A stretch of DNA of 64,000 nucleotides from Diadema antillarum (lineage: Eukaryota): NCBI RefSeq assembly GCF_040938485.1, contig NW_027272305.1:1-64000 (forward strand). Reading direction: 5' to 3'. The notes beneath the pieces were generated by a model, which worked only from the letters and a program-made list of their open reading frames with translations, was not told the DNA's origin and ran no database searches. The stretch's first letter is position 1, and every line of letters starts with the position of its first letter. The position numbers and the translations under genes are program-made. Of this stretch, positions 37,728 through 49,600 are shown in pieces.

Positions 37728-37775
37728 AAATTGGTGTTGGAGTCACGGATGTGCACTTCTTGACATCCATGAAAC

Positions 37776-37810
37776 GGTCCTTCTTAGGACCACCAAATAT
37801 CCAAGAAAGA
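37776..37810 (+). terminator. Histone H2B 3' processing signal: stem-loop plus downstream element
   Basis: GGTCCT-TCTT-AGGACC (37776-37791), then ACCA, then CAAGAAAGA (37802-37810). Confidence 0.95.
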
Positions 37811-39184
37811 AACAAAGATTACTCTTGTCTTGTGTGCCTTTTTTAAATCTTTTGTACTTTTTGTACCTGGATTATGTTTAAATTTTTGTGGATTAGTCGA
37901 AGTAGGTGTAACTTTACAATATTATATCAAAACATTGTTCAAGAAAACGTTTGCCTTTTTCGGATGTGAAAGATCGTTTTTTTTCAATGTATCTGGTGAT
38001 CATCACATACATCCTCGGTTTCCGGTGGTTCCCTCTAGCGAAGGAAAAACACGTGAATTGAATTGATGACAATTGCCGAATTGATCAGGTTTTAATTTTG
38101 CCATCGAAAAAAAAAAACATACACTCGGGTGAAAAGTCCAAAGACTTAATACTAGTTCCCGTTAACAACATCCAAATTGTACATGAATGTATAAAAATAC
38201 CTTCTGCTTCACTGAACATATATTAATAAAGACGGATCAAAGTAGAGAGTGAAGAATCACTATAGTACATAGGCCTACGCATAAACAAAACAGGCACACC
38301 AACAACCACAACTATTCATTGTGTATTGCACTGTCACATGCAAATGTATTCTCCTTACGCATACAAGTACTTATGATCTCTCTTCCTTCGTTCATATTTC
38401 GTATTATGAAACCCTCTCCTTAAACCTGCTCTCCTTCACATATAACACTGCTTTTTATTTTAATCAAAGACAAAAACAAAAAGAATAGTGCTAAACCAAA
38501 ATACATGTACACAAGAAGGATGTGATTTACGTACTACAGTACGTACATGTATTATCTTTTGCATCTTTACGTACAATCATGGAGGTTTCTACCTCCATGG
38601 TACAATATAACTGCTAGTATTGAACGTAAAGACGTACAAGACACATGTACATAGTAACATGTACATGTACGTAAAGCATATCCTTTATAGTCGCAGTTGG
38701 TTGCTAGAATTTCTGTATACTTGTATCGTGCATTACAGCGAAGACACTTGCAATGTTCATTATGTACTAGAATACTACGAACTTCCAAGTACGAAGTACA
38801 GTAGGCACCCTGCTTTATTCATCCGTACTCATCACTGACAATTTATTTTAGGCTTTTAAAATAAGACGGTATCAAATTGACTGCCTGGTAAAATATAGAC
38901 AGCCAGAAAACAACAAATGGGTAAAACATTGAGATGCTGAAGTGACTGGCAGGGAGTTCCTAGAAATGACGACCTCCACCCCCCCCCCCCCAAAAAAAAG
39001 TAAATAAAGAATCCTCCCTTTCATTTCATTGTCATTTTTCTTTACAAGAGAGCCGCCATGTGTTTGTTAATGTGCGTGTATGTGTGCATGTATGAGTGTA
39101 TTACTCTGTCTGTCTTTTTTTTTTTTTGCTACCACTTGGGGAATTTTGTTGTTGTTGTTTTTTGGAAATATATATTTTTTCTCT

Positions 39185-39445
39185 ATGAGGGGACTGCATT
39201 CTACAAGCTCTGCTTTTTAGCAGTCCCCTCCATTTCCAGCAATATTGTTTATGCATTTACTACAGTGACGTAACTGTTATTTGTATCTCTGTTGATAATT
39301 TACCTGTATCTCTTTTACAATGTTATTCTGTTCATCGCATTGTGGTACTGATTTCATGACGTCTGTTTATATGAGCGTTTCTTTGTATTTCTTATTATTT
39401 GTTTGTTGGAAGTGAAATAAATCAACTTGAACAACTTGAACTTGA
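39185..39445 (+). mobile_element. LINE 3'-UTR remnant (L2/Crack/Daphne-like)
   Basis: Perfect 11-bp stem GAGGGGACTGC / GCAGTCCCCTC (39187-39230); ends AAATAAA followed by a short ACTTGA repeat tail. Confidence 0.65.
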
Positions 39446-41740
39446 TTGTCCTCCATAAAGAAACAGGCAAAGCTGATCTGCATGATCTGCATCTCCATGC
39501 GTATCTTGAGCCCATCACTTGTAAATCAGTTAGGGTTGAAAAAGCTGACACCACAGTATATAATACAATGTATAACAAAAAGGCAAGTTTTACCTCCTTG
39601 CAGGGAGGTGAACCTCCCTGCTCCTTGGCAATAGAGTGCATAAACTACATATACTGTGTTCTACACTGTTTTGAGATTCACAAATTATGTGCAAGATTTC
39701 AGCGAGTGGTGATAAAACCTTGATTTCAAGCTGGGATGTGAGAATGATATTCGCCTGAGCTGAACCTTTATTAGTGCATGCAAAGTTCATAATCTTGATA
39801 ATGACATGAATTTGTTTACTGAGATGCCTTTCATAAAACTCATCGACCCTTTCTCGTATTCAATAGAAATCATTCTAATGTTTCTCTTTTCTTTTTTTAT
39901 TAATTTTACTGGTGCATGTGAGAACGCGAGTTTGAGTGAGGTAAATAGCGCCATCATGTGTTCTGATAGAGACGTGACTTCGCGCGTTCATCGCTGATAC
40001 ATCAAAGGGTCCTGATACAACTGTTGTTCAGGAGCCTTTAGTCTTTAGACCTATAATTTTATAACACTAACTCATGTCGGCAGGAGCTGGGTAATGCAGT
40101 GAGCCAGTTGCATTGCTGTGTCATGGAACTTAGAACCCCCAGTTCAAGGTTAAAGACGTAATTTACCATTTGCAGATGAAACAAAAACCCAGCTTTAGTG
40201 CTTCAAAATAGTTCTAAAAAGTGAGATAGGGATAGAAACAACCAATGTAAGATTTTAAATTGATGCTGAGTATTGCTAGATATACATAATGTGAACAATA
40301 GTTATAGTAGAAACGTTTCCAGACTAAACCGTCTACAGTTATGGTTTATGTAGAAAAATAGTGATATCTCCTTATATATTTTAGGCTTTATTGCAAAATT
40401 TTTACATGGTAGGATGTTTTGTAATACAACTGACCATACAGTGTATACACATTGGCATCAAATGTGATATCTCGAACATTTTCTAAATTACTGCTCCCAA
40501 TGGCAAAGAGTACCTTTAGAATAATGATTAATATAGACCATACAGGCCTCCCTAATCAACATAAAAACAGCACCCAAACCCAACAGAAGCTAGTTTATAG
40601 TTACAATCTGATCATTCGCAGAAAATGTAGGGCCTATAAAATGGCTGACCCTGATCTCTGACTGACTTGTAACTGGGGTATTTGAAGAAAAAGGAGATGA
40701 CTACATGAAACCTTCATTATGATTATCAAAAGATTATCAAAGATTGATTAATAATTGAAATCAAAGTTAATTAGATATACTCGTGTAATATGGACTGGGT
40801 GCATTGCGGAATGCGCACGTAAGTCTGCGTTCTTTTCAACCAAATTTAAAGTCATTGTTCATTCGTATTATAAATGGCCACTTCCTGCTTGGCTGTTGGG
40901 GGTACCATCGACCATCGACCCTTGATCGCCCCCCCCCCCCCACACACACACACTAAAACGTTCCACTGGGCTGTGCAATATCAAGCCATACAAATTCATT
41001 GTCATTTTATTTTCAACAAAGAATATAAGTATACATAACATAATATATCATCATATAAAAAAAGAAATATACATAGTCTTCATTTATCATTATATCGAAA
41101 TCTAATATGACCACACAATAAATTGTGAAACCAAGATGCATGATATTTACTAACTTTGATATGCTGAAGTGAAAATGGAGCGGGAGGTAAAAAGCAGAGC
41201 TTGTAAAATATATTCCTCTCAAAACCATTATTAATACTGTACAGAAAAATGTTACTACAATGTAGAAACGAAACGTGAGTGACAACACATCGGATTTCGA
41301 CAACAAAACAAAAACCTCTTACAAAGCCCTTTACAATGATTACGGTTTAAAACATTTTATATAAGCCCCCGAAGTAAGAAACTGAACCAAAAAAACAACA
41401 ACAAACAAACAAACAAAACAAAAAGGATGGTGTGATCAGCGGTGACAGCTTACAAGGACTCATCAAGGAGAGTAGCGGAATTCAGATATTAGATAGCTGA
41501 CAGTAATGACTGAAATCAATTAATTATCTGCTGATTTTCTGGACAATTTTCAAGTCGAAATGCATGTATTAAATTTGTATAATTACCTTTAGAAATAGAG
41601 AAAATCTCGATGTTGTCGTCAATTTTTGTTTCCCTCGTAGGGCATATTATTACGCTTCTCTTTGGCATGAGAGAGAAAAAAATAACCATAAAAGAATTCT
41701 TCTGTTACCGTCATAGATTCTGAATGAAAGGAAACAAGTC

Positions 41741-42129
41741 TTAAAGGGATAGTACAGTATTGGTGGAGATGAGAATTGGGCTTTTAACTTTTTGCGAGAT
41801 ACCAAGAAAACACTTATGATATAGTACAAAGCATACCATTTTAGAGGAATTCAAAGTTTATTTGATGAAAATTGGGTGTGGAATGAATGAAACATCCAAA
41901 AACAAAGTAAAACAAAGCGATCGTAATAAAGTGTGGGTCCCACACTTTATAAGAATCGCTCTTTTTTGGATATCTCAGCCATTTCAAAACCAATTTTCAT
42001 CAAATAAACGTTGAATTCCTCATAGAATTACATTCTCTTTCATATTTCATAGGAGGTTTCTCATTATCTCACCAAAAATTGTTAGAAATCTGAAATTAGG
42101 TCTCAACCAAAACTGTACGATCCCTTTAA
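41741..42129. mobile_element. Kolobok/T2-like MITE with intact ends
   Basis: TTAA-AGGGAT...ATCCCT-TTAA; central hairpin ATAAAGTGTGGG-T-CCCACACTTTAT (41926-41950). Confidence 0.88.
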
Positions 42130-42502
42130 GGAATTAAATCAATCCCTCTGTAGTTGTTTTCGTCTTAGTGTAATAAGAAAACAAGGTCAGAAGAGAAAGC
42201 ATTTATAAGCTTCTCCTCTTCAAAGCCTGTGAAAAAGGACACGCAATCACGCTTTACGACTGTAATAGTCTACTAATCAGACATACTTGAAACATATCGA
42301 CAACAGGTTTCGAGATAAAAACCACTATTTTCCATTATACTTCCCTCCCAATGCACAAAATAAACTTTAAAAACCCCAATCTGATAAGATTTATGAAACA
42401 TATTGACATTGTTTCATACAGCTTACAGGCTAGAGTACAGCATTATGATGCATTATCCGCAGCTTGAAGGAATAGTGTGTCTGTATGGGATAGACTATGC
42501 CG

Positions 42503-42838
42503 ATGGCAACGATAAATCGATATTCCTCTCATGTGTGTGTGTGTCTTGTATCGTGGTTCAAGTGAGATGCTGTAAACCGTGTGTGTATAGCTACCTCACT
42601 ATCGATATCTCTCGCTCACCCGACAACCTAGCAACGATACACAATAGGCTAGCCGCATACACACACACATGCGAAGTGCACAGAGCGAGCTGGGGGAGAG
42701 ATAACGAGCGTGAGGTGGGACAACTTTGCTGTAGAAACAAATAGCATACTTTTCCGGACGATAATATCAGGATACAGCCATGGATTACCGCCAGAAGTAA
42801 TTTCATCCGTAGCTCTCAAACAAAATAAGTACATGCAG
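42503..42838 (+). promoter_or_regulatory. Candidate EFCAB6 promoter and non-coding first exon
   Basis: RFX half-sites ATGGCAAC (42503-42510) and CCTAGCAAC (42627-42635), a CpG-enriched patch, and a consensus donor CAG|GTAAGT at 42838/42839. The first coding exon needs an upstream exon because it starts at an acceptor (46610). Confidence 0.5.
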
Positions 42839-43246
42839 GTAAGTACATCTAAAATTTCCAGCAATAATGCTTCAATGCAATTATGCTTTGAAATATAATG
42901 TAAGATGAAATCTGTGTCTACGCATAGCCATGATGTAGTCCCATTCGTATGTCTTTATGTGGTGTGTAGAATACGCTGTAGCTACACCGGCCGGCCGGCA
43001 AAGCAAAGGAGCTTACGTTACATTGTTATAGGTGCTAGTGTAGGTGTGCTTGCAAAAATTGTTACTACACTTGTATTATAATAACCTTGACTATTGCTTT
43101 GTCTGATAAACCTCCTTGATTATCAAGAAAAAGGGAGACATCTTTAAAAATGTAAATTTACTTTAGTGTACGTAGGCCTACCAACGCTAATCGTTAATCG
43201 TTGACCATGGTCCATGCATAGTTTAGAGTCTAACGTTACTGTCTAG

Positions 43247-44506
43247 ATCACATCACATCACATCACATCACATCTGATACGGAAGTAGAGGACTGGGGGA
43301 TTCCTGTAGTATTCCGGTCTCAACATAATATAATCATCTTCAACGTTGTTGCTTTATGTGCGTTTAGGAGCAGAGGTTTTAAATTTTTCCCCCCTCCAAT
43401 GTCTGTCTAATAAATCTTTGAAATTATTAATCGAGGAAGCTTCAACAACATTAGCAGGCAATCTGTTCCAGTCGGCAACTACTCTCTGGCTGAAAAATGT
43501 ACTTCGCAGTTCTAATCTTGAACGTTTGGTGAAGAGCTTGTATCTATGACCTCTTGTTGATGAGTGGATGGCTGGTTCAAAAAACATGTCACCAGAAATC
43601 CCAACTTTCCATTGAGCAACTTATGAACAGTAATCATGTCGCCTCTTCGTCTCCTGTAGTATAATGAGTGCAGGTTGAGTTTTTCCAGGCGTTGTTCATA
43701 TGACAAACATTTGAGTTCAGGAATCATACGAGTGGCTCTTCTCTGCACTCTTTCAACTTTGTCAGAGTCCATTTTATATCTCAAGTGCCATAAAATGTTG
43801 CCATACTCCAAATGAGGTCGAACCAATGATACGAACAAAATAGGAAGTATTTCCGTCGTCATTTGTGAGAATGTCCTGTGTATAATCCCAAGTGTTTGAT
43901 TTGCCTTTTGGACAGCTGCTGAGACATGTTGATGGAAATTTAATTCTTCATCTATTATAATGCCAAGGTCCTTTTCCTGCTTGGTTGCTTCCAACTTACA
44001 CTATTCGTTCTGTAGTTTTCCCTTGGGTTATTTTTTCCAATATGAAGAATCTTACATTTACTAACTTTGAAATCAAGTTGCCATCTTTTACTCCATTCAT
44101 CAGCATGATTTAGGTCAGTTTGAAGCGATTCCTGTTTCGGGGCTGTACTGACATCACCGATGATTTTGGTGTCGTCGGCAAACATAAATACTGAGTTATT
44201 CATTATATTTGGCAAATCATTCATAAAAATAACAAAAAGGACCGGTCCGAGTACACTTCCTTGCGGAATTCCACTGCTAACTTGACTCCAGTCTGAACTT
44301 TCACCATTTATCACGACTCTTTGTTCCCTTCCAGTTGTGAATGCTTTGATCCATGAATACAGTTTTCCATCAATGCCATAAGATAGCATTTTTTTCAAAA
44401 GCCTCTCATGAGGAACAGAGTCAAAGGCTTTACAAAAGTCTAAATATACTATATCAATAGGAAACCCAGTATCAAGTTTCTGAGTTATTTCCTCCATTGC
44501 ACAAAT
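43247..44506 (-). mobile_element. 5'-truncated CR1-clade LINE, antisense within the putative EFCAB6 intron 1
   Basis: YLDFCKAFDSVPH, GIPQGSVLGPVLF, FADDTK, EKDLGIII, LVRPHLEY, FFSQRVVADWNRLP spread over three frames; (GATGT)n tail at 43247-43274. Confidence 0.93.
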
Positions 44507-44823
44507 CTAGTTATACTCTATCTAACAAGTTAGTCATAGATAGAAATCTACCACTAGCACTTCCAGAGTTGAGTTCTAACGTTAGTTTTAGTAATGGCAT
44601 TGTATTGCAGTTTTGGCATATTGGCCATTGCCAAAATGCATTGCATGAGTCGTGATGAGACGTGTCAATTCATTTCATGCTTCTACAAACGTGTAGCTAC
44701 GTACAACTTGTACAAGCGTAGTCTACAAGTTGTTCTTGGATTAAGAATGTTCATCTAACGTTAAGCATAAATTATGCTATTATATAACTGTACTTATCGA
44801 CTTAAATATAACATTAAGGCATA

Positions 44824-44951
44824 ATCATGATATAGTCCCCGCCGCTGCTTGTCTGTACTAAATAAAACCCTACCTAACCCTATACCCTAACCCTAAACGC
44901 ACGGGTGCACGCGCACTGTGGTGGGGATCTAGGTGGGGACTATATCACGAT
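44824..44951. mobile_element. 128-bp mini inverted-repeat element with internal CCCTAA motifs
   Basis: 20-bp TIR ATC(A/G)TGATATAGTCCCC(G/A)CC with 2 mismatches; CCTAACCCTATACCCTAACCCTAA inside. Confidence 0.6.
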
Positions 44952-46673
44952 AATGCCAACGTTAATAGGTGTAAATAGTGAGATTTTTGTTTTGTTTTGT
45001 TTTTTTATTTATGTGTGTGTTGTTGTTTTTATTTTTTATTTAGACCTATTATTAGGCCCTACCTTACGACATTTACTTGAGTTTATTTCTAGAGAAGGGG
45101 GAGTAGGGCTATGCTTGTGGGTATACAAATTTGGACCACCCACTAACTTTAGTCTTTACTGTAACAGTTAGACCTATGTAACATGGATTACCATTAAGTT
45201 GCCACTACCTAAAGTCGCCTGACATTCACGTCGCATGTAACGCATGCCGTGATCAGAGATCATCTGGGGCGACGGATTTTCATCGCTCTCAAAAGACATT
45301 CCTAATTCACCTTTTTTCCTCCTTGAAAACACAAATAATTGTAATTCAATTTCAAATGTATTTCACCATATGTAACAGGTGACAAAACCATTTTAATGCA
45401 AGAATGTTTTTGATTTCAAATGGATTTCAGGTGACAAATTAACAAAGTTTTTCAAATACGATGATGCTCAATGCATCCTTCATTGAAGTTTGTGTATAAC
45501 ACATGCACTAATAATACATGGCGCGCTATGGGCGACAAACTAATACATGCCTATCGTTGGTTCACCAACCCGGGAGTGCATAGGAAATACATGGAAGTGG
45601 CTACAAAGCAGTAATTGACGTTAAATCCTAAGCTTCTGGACGTGGTCAAATATTGGCAAGTGAAGGGAGTTGAAACCTTGATGCTGTTTTGTTTTTGTTT
45701 TTTTGCTTATTTCTCTTTCTTCTTCCGGCTACTGCAAGCAAACTCCACTGCTGTTGGGACATTTTATAAATATCAGGTTGAGGGCGGCAGGTGCAAAGCT
45801 GGCCAGCACTATGTCTTACTGTCCAGCAGTGGGTTAAAGGTCAGCCCACGAATCAAAGAAATATCATCTTGTATGTCACCTAGCATATAAAATATAGACG
45901 GATAGGGCGGGTGTTACATAAATTTTTTTTACCACTCGCCCTGTCGTGGTCAGGCATGCAGATTTTCAAATTGTTGCAGAACACTTGACCGAAAAGGAAG
46001 TCCAAAATTAAAAATATGGGCAGCTGACAGGTTTCAAGGTGTTTCCATCCAAGTTTAATCAACATGGAGGAGATGCCACTGGTTCTTCTTGAATCATTGC
46101 AGACAAATCTGGTTGCTCTACATTGCACTGCCTCCATGGGTCGTACACTGAGGCACAGTCTTCCAGCATTGGACATGAAGTTTTGTACCTTTTTTTTTAA
46201 CCTTTCCTTTATAGTTCCTAGAATCAGGACATTTAGGTCTGTGTTTTTACCTAGACCTATTCACATAGAAGGGTCTATTTGTCAAGATTCATGCACATGT
46301 AACCTACACGTCTTTCAAGTGTAAAGCAAGGATGATGTAGGGAAATCAGGTATTGAAACACACAAAATTTAGATGCTGATCTAGGTGTAAAGGGAAGTGG
46401 ATAGCGGGTTATTGAATACGATACTACTACTAGAGCAAACACCATGCCGTTTGATGTACCTTGTACAATGTCCAACATTTTATGAACAGAAGAAACAAAG
46501 TTACATGTACAGACTATACATGTGTATTGTATATGTTTGTTGCACTTCAGAAAGACTTTGACCATAATATTATATGATGCATTTCTTCTCTTTATTTGTC
46601 TTGTTTTCAGGTAATCTTAAAGGAAACCAAGTTTTAAAAGTGAAAGGAACAGACAGCAGTAAAATCCACCAGC

Positions 46674-49600
46674 ATGGCTAGTCAGGTTGCCCAACCAGGA
46701 GACCTGGCTCTCAGACCAGGGACAGGAATAATGTTCACACCTCGACAGATTCTAAAAACTGCCCAAACTGTCAGATCGGCAAGCAGGCTCTCACGCAGGT
46801 CATTTGACATGGGAATGACACCTTCAGCTAGAGGTTCGTTACATTTTTGCTACATGAATTACATCCTTTTGTATTCATGAGTCGGGACACTTTTCTCTAA
46901 TCCATGTGTTTTCCACTAAGGAAGGATCCTCTCTTCAATAGTTTATTACAAAAATTAGTACAGAATGCCATAGATATACCATATGCTGGTAAATAATCCC
47001 TTACCTGAGTTTATTTAACATTTCCATCAGGATGTATGGAAATCAATTCACATTTCATTTTGTGTATAATTTGTTTTCCAAAAATGTGGGGAAATTAGGT
47101 GATAATAAAATGTATGCAGAAGTTCTGTGATGACAAGAAATAATTTGTTAAATTGAGAATGATTTAAAAGTGTGAGCTACAGTAATTGTAATCTGTGGTA
47201 ATAGAAGTCATTTTACACAACTTGTACCAGAATTGTGACTGATTCAGTCTGATGCATTAGATTGTACCTACAGTATATATGTGTTTTTAAATAGGTGTCA
47301 TCAGTCACACTTCTGTCTCATTTCGTATGATATCATTCTCTCTTCTTGCGATGTTCAGCCCTTGCAGCCAGTCCAAGCGCCAGTCCACCCCTCCCAACAG
47401 CCTCCTTGGATGCCAAGCTCAGTACCATAGAAGTTGAACAAATTCTGAGAGAAAGGATCAGGAAACTCTATACAGATCTCAAGCAGGTACAAATCCTTAA
47501 TGATGTTCTCATCAAATGCATTGTTGGGTATTTATTTTGCAGCATGCTAGGTGCTCTCTGAGTGTATCCAGTCCCACTGGTGTTCTGTTAGTGGTCAATG
47601 TCCCATTGGTATTGTATATTCTCTCACATTTTGTTCTCAGTTTGTGATTTCATTATTACATAACACACTAGAGTACAAGCAATGTTTTTTGCAGAATCAA
47701 TGGTCAAATTTACCCTACTTCCCCATCCCCTTGAAATTTGTGCCATAATATGAACAAAATGCAGAAAAATTATCGTTCTAGTAAGCTCATTCCATGAATG
47801 CCAAACACATGATCTTGATTGGCTATGATGATGAAAAAAAAAAAAAGGTGCTTAAAAGATTTGAGCCAGCAGCAAGTATTGTAATTGAGTCACAGATTGA
47901 GCCCCTTTATAAGTAGGCCTAAGTGCATTACTGGAAAGTACTCATTTGTCTAGCATATCACACACATCACAATATTAAGCACATTCTCACTCTTCCTCCT
48001 CCAGGCATGTCAGAATTATGACATCGACCAGAGCCTTTCCATCACCAAGGGTGAACTGCGCCGGGTTCTGGACACGTTCTGTCTCCCCATGACCACTGAG
48101 CAATTCAACTCCATCATGGCCAAAGTCCCAACAAATACTAATGGGACAGTCAACTACTGCCTGTTTCTTGACCGGTTTGCAAACAGTGGTGGGATGTCTC
48201 GCGAGTCTTGGAAAATGGGCTCTGGACACAAGTAAGTTAGGGTTGTTACTATCGCCATTGCAGATTACAACTGTCAACCAGGAAATGATATCTTTTTTAA
48301 TTACATTTCCATGTTGTTATCCATTAAGAAAATTGTCCATCAGAATGTTGCATTTCCTACCACGAAATGGCATTTCATGTTTAGTAAAATCCCAAACAGC
48401 CAGTGTTGGCCATTGAAATAGAAATCCAAAATTTGCCAAAATTTTTCATAAAATATTCTTGTGTGATTCAGGCATCTGCCAATGACACTGGGGTGCCAGG
48501 ATGAATTCAGAATGTTACCATTACATCATGACCATTGACTGAAGATACCATTTCTTTTGATTCTAGTTCTCTAATGATTACCCACATTTGTAGCACTTTG
48601 TCTTGGCCTTGCGTCTAATGAGAAGTGTAGATCACTATACACAAGAAAAATGTTATATCTTCTTGCTTTTAGGTATGTCTTCCACTCACTTTCTTCTCTT
48701 GGATGTTTTATGCTCATGATAGATACAGCTACACCAAGTCTCCACAAGACATGGGTATCGATGTCCTTGAGAGACAACTTCGAGACAAAGTGGCCATGAA
48801 CTTGAAGAATTTCATCAAGGCGCTCCGCCTGTTTGACTACAACCGGGATGGCAACGTCCAGAAGCATGAAATGAGAAAGGTGATTGAGAACTACTGCTTC
48901 AGAATGACTGATGAGCAGTACGATCGGTGAGTATGGAGGGGTAATGCGTGATCCTACTCAGAATGATGGCAGTGATTGTGCACTGCCTGTACATTTCAGG
49001 GGAAGGTACATATATATCTGTACTTGAATCAAATGATACATGTATGCTCTTCTCACTGGCTGCATTTGAGCGCTCAAAAGCAAACCAATCCAATGTGTAC
49101 CGTATCATACTATGCCAGGTTTGGAGCGTTCGAGCGCTTTGTGGAGAAAGTGTACCACATGACTTAATATTAGAAGGGGTCACACATTTTGTACCAACAG
49201 GGTTGTGCACCTGGTGCATTTACACTACTAACAGGTATCCCAAACAAAGAGAATCAGCTCTTTGCATTATGACTTATGTATGTGCATGTTACGCACATTT
49301 TTCTCATGCCAACTTGTGGTACAGTTCTGGTACACTTTTGCAGCACATCAGGAATTGTTACGCTTTTGGCTCAGTATAGTACAGTTAGGTACATATCAGG
49401 AGTGTTTGAGCACTCATCTGGTTTGGGTATAGTATGGTATAGTACACTTTTGGAGAGTACTTGAATGCACCCTTAGATCTATCTATGTTAAATGTATTTG
49501 AAAAAATTTGCCTGGAGACATTGCAGTCCTAAGTTGATAGAAGTACTTCATTGAATTGGGGATTAGAATATGCAGACAACATTTATGCTGTTCAGTGATT

